Shown: in pieces, positions 43,482 through 52,472 of the stretch
Numbering within the stretch: the stretch's first letter is position 1
Layout: each line of letters starts with the position of its first letter
Source of the DNA: an uncultured candidatus Porisulfidus sp.
Lineage (GTDB): Bacteria; Pseudomonadota; Gammaproteobacteria; Poriferisulfidales; Poriferisulfidaceae
Length of the DNA stretch: 64,000 nucleotides
Direction: 5' to 3'
NCBI GenBank assembly: GCA_965116025.1
Contig: OZ220480.1
Location: forward strand, 1,248,001 to 1,312,000
Made by a program: the position numbers and the translations under genes
Notes under the pieces: generated by a model
Database searches by the model: none
The model's input: the letters and a program-made list of their open reading frames with translations, nothing else
Told to the model about the DNA's origin: nothing

Positions 43482-45320
43482 ATGGTCTCGCGCGCCGACC
43501 GGGCTTTCGACGCCGAGGGATTCGTGAAGACCCTCACCCACGCCCCGGGCGTGTACCGCATGCTGGATTCGTCTGGCGACATCCTGTACGTCGGCAAGGC
43601 GCGCGATCTGAAGAAGCGCGTGTCCAGCTACTTCCGAAAAAGCTCTCTAGGCCCGCGCGTTTGCCGGATGATCGCCCAGACCAAGCGAATGGAGGTGACG
43701 GTCACGTCCACCGAGGCGGAGGCCCTGCTGTTGGAGAACACCCTGATCAAGCGATACCATCCGCGCTACAACATTTTGCTACGTGACGACAAGAGCTACC
43801 CTTACATTTACGCCTCGTCCCATCAAACCTATCCGGGACTTTCGTTCTACCGCGGGCGCCGAAGACGCGCGGGCCGGACGTTCGGTCCCTACGCTAGCGT
43901 CGGGGCCGTGCGGGACACGTTGAATATCCTGCAGAAGCTGTTCCGGATCCGGCAGTGCCCGGACAGTTTCTTTCACAACCGCAGCCGTCCGTGCCTGCAG
44001 TATCAGATCAAGCGGTGCACCGCTCCGTGCGTGGGCTACATCACGCCAGAAGACTATCGCGAGGATGTCGATCTGACGTTGCGCTTTTTGGAAGGGCGGA
44101 ACGAGGAGGTGGTGCGCGACCTGACGGCGCGGATGGACCAAGCGGCGGAGCGTCAGGACTATGAGCGGGCGGCGGAGTGGCGGGATCGGATCCAGTCGCT
44201 CCAGGAGATATGCAGGCATTATCGGACCGGCGTGGCGGCCGGGCACTTCGACGTGGTCGCCGCCGTCCGCGAGAGCGGGCTGCACTGCGTGCAGGTATGC
44301 TCTTTCCGCGGAGGGGCCAGTCACGGAAATCGCAGCTATTTCCCGGTGGTGAACGACGTGGAGGTCGACGCTCCGGATTTGTTGCGAGGATTTCTGGGGC
44401 AGTACTATTTGGAGCGCGCGGCCCCGCCGGAGATCCTGCTGAACCATCCGGTCCCGGATCAGGACGCGCTGGAGGAGTGGCTGAGCGAAAAGTCTCCCGG
44501 CCGGGTCCGCTTGCGCGCGAGCGCGCGAGGGCGCCGCCGCGCTCAAGTGGAACTGATGGAGCTCAACGCCCGGCAGTCCATCGCCACTCGGGCTCAGTCC
44601 CGTGGCGGGATACGAGAGCGCCTGGACGCGCTGGCGGAAGTCTTGCTCCTGGACGCGATGCCGGCCCGGCTAGAATGCTTCGATGTCAGTCACACCCGTG
44701 GCGAGGCGACGGTGGCGTCGTGCGTGGTCTATACCACGGAAGGGCCGAGTCGCCAGGAGTTTCGACGTTTCAATATCTCCGGCATCACTCCGGGCGATGA
44801 CTACGCCGCGCTCCGGGAGGCGCTGACGCGCCGCTACGCGCGGGTTCGCGAGGGCGAGTATCCGGCTCCGGACGTGTTGCTCATTGATGGCGGCAAGGGA
44901 CAGTTGCGCGTCGCGCGCGAGACGCTGATGACTCTCGACGTGCACAAGGTCGTCGTGGCCAGCGTGGCCAAGGGGGAAGGACGCAAGCCCGGGACGGAGA
45001 CCGTCCACGCCGACACTTTGGAGGAGCCTTTGCGATTGCCTATGCGCTCCGTGGCGTTTCACCTGATCCAGCAGCTCCGCGACGAGGCGCACAGATTCGC
45101 CATCACGGGACATCGCCGCCGTCGCGCGAAGCGCCGGCTGGAATCTCCGCTGGAGGAGATTCCCGGCGTGGGGCCGCAACGTCGGCAAAACCTGTTACGC
45201 TACTTCGGGGGCTGGCAGGGCGTTCGCGACGCGCCTGCCGCCGATCTGGCCCGGGTGCCCGGCGTCGGGGCGGGCCTCGCGCGGGAAATTTACGACTATC
45301 TGCACGAAGAGAGCGCATGA
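43482..45320 (+). CDS. uvrC: Excinuclease ABC subunit C
   Basis: PGVYRM, YVGKA, LRDDKSYPY, ECFDVSH, IDGGKGQ, RDEAHRFA. Confidence 0.97.
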   Translation: MVSRADRAFDAEGFVKTLTHAPGVYRMLDSSGDILYVGKARDLKKRVSSYFRKSSLGPRVCRMIAQTKRMEVTVTSTEAEALLLENTLIKRYHPRYNILLRDDKSYPYIYASSHQTYPGLSFYRGRRRRAGRTFGPYASVGAVRDTLNILQKLFRIRQCPDSFFHNRSRPCLQYQIKRCTAPCVGYITPEDYREDVDLTLRFLEGRNEEVVRDLTARMDQAAERQDYERAAEWRDRIQSLQEICRHYRTGVAAGHFDVVAAVRESGLHCVQVCSFRGGASHGNRSYFPVVNDVEVDAPDLLRGFLGQYYLERAAPPEILLNHPVPDQDALEEWLSEKSPGRVRLRASARGRRRAQVELMELNARQSIATRAQSRGGIRERLDALAEVLLLDAMPARLECFDVSHTRGEATVASCVVYTTEGPSRQEFRRFNISGITPGDDYAALREALTRRYARVREGEYPAPDVLLIDGGKGQLRVARETLMTLDVHKVVVASVAKGEGRKPGTETVHADTLEEPLRLPMRSVAFHLIQQLRDEAHRFAITGHRRRRAKRRLESPLEEIPGVGPQRRQNLLRYFGGWQGVRDAPAADLARVPGVGAGLAREIYDYLHEESA

Positions 45321-45886
45321 TCGAACCAACCATTCCGAACGTCCTGACGGGGTTGCGAATCGCTTTGATTCCGGTATTCTCCGTGGCGTTCTTCATTCCC
45401 GGGTGGGGGCCCCAGGCTTCGGCCGTGTTGTTCGCGCTCGCCAGTCTGACGGACTGGGCGGATGGGTATCTGGCACGGAAACTCGGCCAGCATTCCGTGT
45501 TCGGCGCCTTCCTGGATCCGGTCGCGGACAAGCTGATCGTGTGCGTGGCCCTGGTGTTGCTGGTGTCGCGCGACGGCAGCTTATGGCTGGTCGCGCCAGC
45601 CTGCGTGATCATCGGGCGGGAGATCGCGATCTCCGCCTTGCGCGAATGGCTGTCCGGCACCCGGGCGCGGGCGCGGGTCTCGGTATCATGGCTTGGCAAG
45701 GTCAAAACCTTGCTGCAGCTGGCCTCGCTGGTCCTGCTTCTGTGGGCGGCGCCCGAATGGTCCGACCCGCTGTACCGGTATGGCCTGAGCTTGCTGGGGA
45801 TGGCGGCCGCGATGACGTTGGTGTCGATGGGGTACTACTTGCGGTTGGCGGCGCGGTCCGATTCGACTGGGGTCGCGCGAGACTGA
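45317..45886 (+). CDS. pgsA: Phosphatidylglycerophosphate synthase
   Basis: PNVLT..R, TDWADGYLAR...GAFLDPVADK; uvrC-pgsA synteny. Confidence 0.95.
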   Translation: MIEPTIPNVLTGLRIALIPVFSVAFFIPGWGPQASAVLFALASLTDWADGYLARKLGQHSVFGAFLDPVADKLIVCVALVLLVSRDGSLWLVAPACVIIGREIAISALREWLSGTRARARVSVSWLGKVKTLLQLASLVLLLWAAPEWSDPLYRYGLSLLGMAAAMTLVSMGYYLRLAARSDSTGVARD

Positions 45887-46019
45887 GCTACTAGGGATTC
45901 CTGAAAGTTGGATGGCTTCAGGCACCTTGGGCTGATCCTTAGGGTTTTGTCTTGCCTGACTTCGATTGCTGCAGCTATTGGCTTTTTTTTTTCGCTGCAC
46001 ATTTCTGGCTGATGTCTAG

Positions 46020-46434
46020 CTTGGAATCGCTGGAGCGATTTTCTTGACGGGATGCGCGAGCATCATGGACGAGGAGACGCAGATCGTTAACGTGTGAGAC
46101 TCCGTTTTGCCCGGGTGCTCAATGCTTGCTCGAAAATTCGAACGGAAAATTCATCGTCAAAAATGCGCCGGAGACATTGACTATCCATAAATCCGCTGGC
46201 GATCTCATGGTGAAATGCACCAAAGACGAACACGTCCAGGTCGACGTGTTCGAGTCATCGGCTAACACGGCCATGTGGGGAAACCTCCTTTTTGGTGGAA
46301 TTATTGGGGCCGCGATTGATTGGCAGGATTCTGGCTTCGATTGTGAGAGCGTGATAGTGAATTCTTTGATGTGTGGAGACGAAGAAGCGGAAAAGGTCGC
46401 TGTGTTCGTAAAAGCCGAGAGTTCGAACCAGTGA
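46020..46434 (+). pseudogene. Decayed lipoprotein gene
   Basis: LGIAGAIFLTG-CASIM lipobox (Cys codon at 46053) with in-frame TAG just upstream and a frameshift near 46095 into the frame of ORF 46126..46434 (GNLLFGGIIGAAID). Confidence 0.55.
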
Positions 46435-46541
46435 AGCAGAAGCGACAAAGGGTGAAAGGCTGGATAGCTACGAACAATGTAGAGAAAAGATTAGCGGGAG
46501 GGTGCCGGACGAGTGGTGTGAAGGGTACAAATAGTCCTTAC

Positions 46542-46569
46542 GGAAAGCCTCCATCCGGGAGGGTTTTCG
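46542..46569 (+). terminator. Hairpin upstream of the rpsO promoter region
   Basis: GAAAGCCTCC-ATCC-GGGAGGGTTTTC imperfect inverted repeat. Confidence 0.4.
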
Positions 46570-46750
46570 CATGAATTTCCCGGCGCGATTGATCTGTATG
46601 CTGTCTGCAGGGGGAGGATCTCTTCACGATGAGGCTGAAAGAGGGAGTCTTCCGGTTCGAGGCCTTGTGCTACAATTCGCCCCCGCTTTGAAGGTGCCCG
46701 CGCGCGCCGTTTTCGCTCACCCCGCAACAGAGAGTTTTTTTCTCTAGATC

Positions 46751-47020
46751 ATGTCACTTACCGCGCAAGAAAAGTCCGAGATCATAGAAAAGCACCAGCG
46801 CGCGTCGAATGATGTCGGCTCGCCCGAGGTGCAGGTCGCGTTGCTGACCTCTCGGATCAACCAGATGATGGAGCACTTCGAGACCCATCCGAAGGACCGG
46901 CACTCGCGCCATGGCCTGATGAAGATGGTCCACGCGCGCCGGGGATTGCTCAAATACCTGCGGGGCCAGGACCATGAGCGCTACGCGGCTCTGATCCAGT
47001 CTTTGGGGCTTCGCCGCTGA
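46751..47020 (+). CDS. rpsO: 30S ribosomal protein S15
   Basis: [25 protein letters not shown]; extended -10 TGCTACAAT near 46668-46676. Confidence 0.97.
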   Translation: MSLTAQEKSEIIEKHQRASNDVGSPEVQVALLTSRINQMMEHFETHPKDRHSRHGLMKMVHARRGLLKYLRGQDHERYAALIQSLGLRR

Positions 47021-47110
47021 TCTCTTCTCGCGAGCTCCCGATTTTGAACCACTACCCCCGCCGGTCCTGATTGGGATCGGCCTCTCACATTTCACAGGAT
47101 TTCCCATTTT

Positions 47111-49207
47111 ATGAACCCGATTACCCAGACTTTCCAGTACGGCGACCATGAGGTCACCCTAGAGACGGGCGAGATCGCCCGGCAGGCTTCCGGCGCGGTG
47201 CTGGTGCGCATGGCCGAGACCGCGGTGCTGGTCACCGCCGTCGGCCGCAAGGGCGCCGATTCCGGCAAGGATTTCTTTCCTCTGACCGTCAATTACCAGG
47301 AAAAAACCTATTCGGCGGGGCGCATCCCCGGCGGGTTCTTCAAGCGGGAGGGGCGGCCCAGCGAGAAGGAGATCCTGACCTCGCGCCTGATTGATCGGCC
47401 GATCCGGCCCATGTTCCCGAAGGGTTACAACCAGGAAGTCCAGATTATCGCCAATGTGCTGTGTCTGAACAAGGATCTGGACCCGGACATTCCGGCTCTG
47501 CTCGGCGCCTCGGCGGCGCTGGCGGTCTCGGGGATGCCGTTCCAGGGTCCGATCGCGGCGGCCCGGGTGGGCTACCGGGATGGCGAATACCTGCTCAACC
47601 CCACCGCTCAGGAATTGCAGCAAAGCCGGCTGGACCTAGTGGTGGCGGGAACCCGCGGCGCGGTGTTGATGGTCGAGTCCCAGGCGGACTTGCTACCGGA
47701 GCAGACGATGCTGGACGCCGTGCTGTTCGGCCATGAGCGCATGCAGGTGGCGATCGATGCCATCGAGAAGCTACGCGACGCCGCCAATCCCCCGGACTGG
47801 GGATGGGCGCCTCCTCCTCCGGACGAGGACCTGTCCGCCCGCATGGAGTCCCTATGCCGGGAAAGCCTGACCTCCGCCTACCAGATCGCCGAGAAGGTGG
47901 AGCGTCTCGACCGGGTCGCGGAAATCCGGGAGCATGCGATGGGAGAGCTGGTTTCCGAGGATGAGGGCCGTGACGAGGGCGCGGTCAAGGACGCTTTCAA
48001 GAGTCTGGAGAAATCGATCGTTCGCCAGCGCGTGCTGTCTGGAGAGTCGCGCATCGACGGGCGCGAGCGCGCGGCCGTGCGACCGATCTCGGCGCGCACC
48101 GGATTGTTTCCGCGCACCCACGGGAGCGCCCTGTTCACGCGCGGCGAGACCCAGGCGATGGTGATGACCACGCTGGGCACGACCCGTGATGCGCAGATCA
48201 TCGACGCTCTGGAAGGAGAGTACCGGGACCCGTTCCTGCTGCACTACAACTTCCCACCGTTCTCAGTGGGCGAGGTGAGCATGATGCTGGCGCCGAAGCG
48301 GCGCGAGATCGGGCACGGAAAGCTGGCGAAGCGCGGCATGATGGCCGTGATGCCGGACCCGGAGGAGTTTCCTTACGTCATCCGCGTGGTGTCGGAGGTC
48401 ACCGAGTCGAACGGGTCCAGCTCGATGGCCACGGTCTGCGGCAGCAGTTTGTCGCTGATGGACGCGGGAGTGCCGATCAAGTCCGCGGTGGCGGGCATCG
48501 CCATGGGCCTGATCAAGGAAGGCGACGAGTTCGCGGTGCTCAGCGACATCCTGGGCGACGAGGACCACTTGGGTGACATGGACTTCAAGGTGGCGGGCAC
48601 CCGCGAGGGCGTCACCGCGTTGCAGATGGATATCAAGATCGACGGCATCACCCGGGAGATCATGGAGCGGGCCCTGTCCCAGGCGAGGGACGGGCGGTTG
48701 CATATCCTCGGAGAGATGGACAAGGCGCTGGCCTCCCCGCGGGAGACGATGTCGGATTACGCGCCGCGCTTCCTGACCCTGCGCATCAACCCGGAGAAGA
48801 TCCGAGACGTGATCGGCAAGGGTGGGGCGACCATCCGCGCTCTCACCGAGGAGACCGGCACCACGATCGATATCGATGACGATGGTCTGGTGCGGATCGC
48901 CTCGACCGAGAACGCGGCGGCGGAGAAGGCGCGCGAGCGCATCGAGCTGCTGACCAGCGAGGTGGAGATCGGCAAGATCTATACGGGCAAGGTGGTCCGG
49001 ATCATGGATTTCGGCGCGTTCGTCGGCATCCTGCCCGGCAAGGACGGCTTGGTGCATATCTCGCAGATCTCGGAGCATCGCGTGAAGAGCGTCGACTCGG
49101 AGCTGTCCGAGGGGCAGGTGGTCAACGTCAGGGTGCTGGATGTCGACAAGCTCGGTCGGGTCAAGCTGACCATGAAAGAAGTCCGGCAACCGCGGCCTGG
49201 CGAATGA
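47111..49207 (+). CDS. pnp: Polyribonucleotide nucleotidyltransferase
   Basis: [36 protein letters not shown] and S1 domains. Confidence 0.98.
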   Translation: MNPITQTFQYGDHEVTLETGEIARQASGAVLVRMAETAVLVTAVGRKGADSGKDFFPLTVNYQEKTYSAGRIPGGFFKREGRPSEKEILTSRLIDRPIRPMFPKGYNQEVQIIANVLCLNKDLDPDIPALLGASAALAVSGMPFQGPIAAARVGYRDGEYLLNPTAQELQQSRLDLVVAGTRGAVLMVESQADLLPEQTMLDAVLFGHERMQVAIDAIEKLRDAANPPDWGWAPPPPDEDLSARMESLCRESLTSAYQIAEKVERLDRVAEIREHAMGELVSEDEGRDEGAVKDAFKSLEKSIVRQRVLSGESRIDGRERAAVRPISARTGLFPRTHGSALFTRGETQAMVMTTLGTTRDAQIIDALEGEYRDPFLLHYNFPPFSVGEVSMMLAPKRREIGHGKLAKRGMMAVMPDPEEFPYVIRVVSEVTESNGSSSMATVCGSSLSLMDAGVPIKSAVAGIAMGLIKEGDEFAVLSDILGDEDHLGDMDFKVAGTREGVTALQMDIKIDGITREIMERALSQARDGRLHILGEMDKALASPRETMSDYAPRFLTLRINPEKIRDVIGKGGATIRALTEETGTTIDIDDDGLVRIASTENAAAEKARERIELLTSEVEIGKIYTGKVVRIMDFGAFVGILPGKDGLVHISQISEHRVKSVDSELSEGQVVNVRVLDVDKLGRVKLTMKEVRQPRPGE

Positions 49208-49297
49208 TCGCTGTGCTAACATTAAGCGGAAGGGCGAGGGCCGATTTTCCGGCGCGAGCCCACCGACAACAAGAACCTCACTGGAAGGAGAACCAAA

Positions 49298-49477
49298 ATG
49301 CAAGTTACCTGGGATGAGAGCGTGTGCATTCACGCGGGCAAGTGCGTGGCAGGCGCGCCGGAAGTTTTCAAGGTCGAGGACGGACAATTCAAGATTGACG
49401 TGACCGCGGCGCCGGAAGAGAAGGTGCGAGACGTGGTCGCGCAATGCCCGTCCGGAGCCCTGAAGATCGAAGAATAA
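49298..49477 (+). CDS. 59-aa divergent 4Fe-4S mono-cluster ferredoxin (YjdI-like), not in ORF track
   Basis: MQVTWDESVCIHAGKCVAGAPEVF...VAQCPSGALKIEE*; GAAGGAG RBS. Confidence 0.88.
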   Translation: MQVTWDESVCIHAGKCVAGAPEVFKVEDGQFKIDVTAAPEEKVRDVVAQCPSGALKIEE

Positions 49478-49506
49478 CACCCGAGAATACCTGAAAGGAG
49501 GCAATT

Positions 49507-50160
49507 ATGATTGGCGACAAACTCGCGAATGCCATGAGCCTCTTCGGCCACCCGAGCTGCGTCAACACCGCGAAGTGTTTGCAGACGGCGGGCGAGAAGG
49601 GTGTCGATGTCGAGGCGCACGTGATCCAAGGGCCCGAGGACGTCACGTCCATGTCTCCGCTGGGGAGCGCCCCGGTGCTGAGGGACCTAGACAACGTCGT
49701 GTACGGGACGATCGCGATCATGTCCTATCTGGACGACAAGGGGTTCGGTCCCTCGCTGGTTCCTCGCAACGGAGTGTTGCGGGCGCAGATGTATCAATGG
49801 GCGCATATCGTGATCGATTATGTCCAGCCGGCCGCGGGTGATGGCGGTTCGGACCGAGATCAGTTGACCAAGCTGTACGATTTGCTGGAGCAACGGCTCC
49901 AGTCCCCGCCTAAGCAAGGCGGGTTCATCTGCGGGGAGTTTTCCTTGGCGGACATTCACTGGAGCGCCTGCACCAACATGCTGGTGAACTCGGGGGCGTC
50001 CGATCTGGTGGATTCGCGCGGCGCGGTCAAGAACTGGTGGGACGCGGTCAAGTCGCATCCCAGCACCAGCAAGGAGAAGTTGACTCCGTTCGACGTGCTG
50101 CCGACTAAGGCGGACATGGATTCCGGCACGTTGCGTAACGTCGCGATCAACGTCCTCTGA
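49507..50160 (+). CDS. Glutathione S-transferase family protein
   Basis: SPLGSAPVL, AIMSYLDD, FICGEFSLADI; AAGGAGG RBS. Confidence 0.8.
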   Translation: MIGDKLANAMSLFGHPSCVNTAKCLQTAGEKGVDVEAHVIQGPEDVTSMSPLGSAPVLRDLDNVVYGTIAIMSYLDDKGFGPSLVPRNGVLRAQMYQWAHIVIDYVQPAAGDGGSDRDQLTKLYDLLEQRLQSPPKQGGFICGEFSLADIHWSACTNMLVNSGASDLVDSRGAVKNWWDAVKSHPSTSKEKLTPFDVLPTKADMDSGTLRNVAINVL

Positions 50161-50220
50161 CAAGGCGGCACGGCTCCCCCGCGCCTGGGCCTGAAGAAGT
50201 CTGCGGAGACGGACAGGCCG

Positions 50221-51312
50221 ATGCTGTGGGGGTTGTTTGGCGGGAAGCGGGATCATCAGGCCCGAATCAATGATGATCCATCCCCGCTCACCGTGCGGGC
50301 GGGACAGGATCTTCTTTCCGCCGCGCTGGAAGCGGGTCTCGCGTGGCCTCACGATTGCCGGCAGGGAACCTGCAGCACCTGCCGGTGCCAGATTATTTCC
50401 GGCAAGATCAAGGCTCGGACCGATTTCGAGACCGTTCTAACTCCCGCTGAGTTGAAAGAAGGCTGGGTCCTCGCTTGTCAAAGCGAGTTGCGCCGCGATA
50501 TCGAGGTGCGAGTCGAGCTGAGTTCCCAGCAACCCCAAGCCGCCGTCGCCCATTATTCGGGAGCCATACTCAAGCTGACTTCGTTGACCCACGACATCGT
50601 GGACCTGACCGTGCGCGTGCCGGGCCTTCAGCGCGCTGGCGTGGCTGGACAATACGCGGAATTAGAGTATTCTGGCTTGAGCGTGCCGCGTTCCTATTCG
50701 TTCGCCAAGGCGCCGAGCAACGAGCGCGGCGACGAGCTCACGTTCTATATCCGAAAAGTCCCAGGCGGGGAATTCACTGAATGGCTGTTCGCCGAGGATC
50801 GAACTGGAGCGGAGTTAAAGATTTCGCTGCCGTACGGAGGATTTCGCTACCACCCGGACCCGGGCCCCATGATCTGCATCGCCGGAGGGTCTGGCATGAG
50901 CGCGATCAAGGCGGTACTGGAGCAGGCCGTAATCGAGCGGGCTCCGCGCGACGCGCTGTTCTTGTTTGGCGCGCGGACGCAGGAGGATCTGTACGGAAAG
51001 GACGCGATGGAGGCGATTCGAGACCAGTGGCATCCCGACCACTCATTCGAATACGTCGAGGTCCTGAATATGGAGCCAGAGGATAGTGGGTGGAGCGGTC
51101 CACGCGGGCTGGTGACCGATCACCTCAAGGAAGCCTATGTTGCGCCGAAGACATTCGATATGGCCGCCTGCCAAGGCTATCTGTGCGGCCCTCCACCAAT
51201 GATCGATGCCGCCGTCGAGGCGCTCAAGGCTGAAGGCATGAGCGGCGATCAGATCTTCTTCGACAAGTTCCTGGACGCTAGTTCCATGCCGGGAGGGCGT
51301 CCCGGGACATGA
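50221..51312 (+). CDS. 2Fe-2S ferredoxin:FAD/NAD reductase, XylA/DmpP-like monooxygenase electron-transfer component
   Basis: CRQGTCSTC...LACQ, RSYSFA, IAGGSG, YLCGPPPM, FFDKF. Confidence 0.88.
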   Translation: MLWGLFGGKRDHQARINDDPSPLTVRAGQDLLSAALEAGLAWPHDCRQGTCSTCRCQIISGKIKARTDFETVLTPAELKEGWVLACQSELRRDIEVRVELSSQQPQAAVAHYSGAILKLTSLTHDIVDLTVRVPGLQRAGVAGQYAELEYSGLSVPRSYSFAKAPSNERGDELTFYIRKVPGGEFTEWLFAEDRTGAELKISLPYGGFRYHPDPGPMICIAGGSGMSAIKAVLEQAVIERAPRDALFLFGARTQEDLYGKDAMEAIRDQWHPDHSFEYVEVLNMEPEDSGWSGPRGLVTDHLKEAYVAPKTFDMAACQGYLCGPPPMIDAAVEALKAEGMSGDQIFFDKFLDASSMPGGRPGT

Positions 51313-51353
51313 TGTAAAATGCCTCCCGGCTGACAGACCTGAAGGAGAATACG

Positions 51354-51578
51354 ATGCGGCTCAAGGAAATATTCGGCTTAGTTTGCATGGCTGCGTGGAT
51401 CGCCGCCGGGGTTTGGGCGATGAACTGGTTCGGCTTTCAAGACCACCTCCACGAACCGTTGTGGAGCCTAGGCGCGGCGATCGCGTTGTTAACCATCATC
51501 GTGATCGGGGTCGCGATATTCTTCGCCGTCGCGAAGGAAAGCCCATGGGTTTGGTTCGGCGAGTCGGATTCGAGCTGA
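51354..51578 (+). CDS. 74-aa two-TM membrane protein
   Basis: GAAGGAG RBS; two hydrophobic helices linked by QDHLHEP. Confidence 0.7.
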   Translation: MRLKEIFGLVCMAAWIAAGVWAMNWFGFQDHLHEPLWSLGAAIALLTIIVIGVAIFFAVAKESPWVWFGESDSS

Positions 51579-51638
51579 TCCCGTTTCCCCGCGATTTTTT
51601 GGTAAGCCCGTCGCCTTGAGCGGCAGGTCGCCACGCTG

Positions 51639-52415
51639 ATGCCGGCAGAGGCTATTCCGGCGTTCCAAGACAATTATCTGTGGTTGTTGTCCAGCCACGG
51701 GAGAGGCGTGATCGTGGATCCGGGAGATGCCGGACCCGTCATGGACGCCTTGGGATCTCGGCAACTGGATCTGTCCGCCATCTTGATTACCCACCACCAT
51801 GCGGACCACATTGGAGGGGTCGCCGAACTTCGCTCAGCTTGGTCGAGCGCTACGGTATATGGGCCGGAGGATTCTAGGATCCCGGCCGATATTCGCGTTT
51901 CCGAAGGAGATGACGTAGACTTGAGGGCGATGGGCCTTGGCACGTTCAAGGTCCTCGACGTGCCAGGGCATACCCGTAGCCATATCGCCTACCACGGAGG
52001 AGGCGACCTCTACTGCGGCGACACGGTGTTCGTCTGCGGATGCGGGCGCCTGTTCGAGGGAACTCCGAAACAGATGCACTCTTCCCTATCCAAGCTTCGT
52101 TCTCTGCCGGACGAGACCCGGGTGTATTGCGCGCATGAATACACGCTGGACAACGTGGAATTCGCTCTTTGGGTGGAGCCGGATAACGAGGACCTGAGAT
52201 CCTACCGGGAAGAGGCAAAGAAGTTGCGCGAGAAAAACGAGCCGACCGTTCCCTCCACGCTTGGCTTGGAGAAACGGCGTAATCCGTTTTTACGCTTCGA
52301 CGCGCCCGCGGTGGTGGAGGCGGCGCGCCAGCGCGCGGGGCGGAAAGATTTGGCCGCTTGGGAAGTGTTCGGGGAAATCCGTCGTTGGAAGGATAGCGAA
52401 TTCGATAAAGTATAA
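51639..52415 (+). CDS. gloB: Hydroxyacylglutathione hydrolase (glyoxalase II)
   Basis: AFQDNYLW, THHHADH, PGHT, GCGRLFEG, CAHEYT, NPFLR. Confidence 0.93.
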   Translation: MPAEAIPAFQDNYLWLLSSHGRGVIVDPGDAGPVMDALGSRQLDLSAILITHHHADHIGGVAELRSAWSSATVYGPEDSRIPADIRVSEGDDVDLRAMGLGTFKVLDVPGHTRSHIAYHGGGDLYCGDTVFVCGCGRLFEGTPKQMHSSLSKLRSLPDETRVYCAHEYTLDNVEFALWVEPDNEDLRSYREEAKKLREKNEPTVPSTLGLEKRRNPFLRFDAPAVVEAARQRAGRKDLAAWEVFGEIRRWKDSEFDKV

Positions 52416-52472
52416 TACCGCCCGCTTGATGATTACCATCCGACAACTTCTTCTTGAATAGGTAGCAAAACA

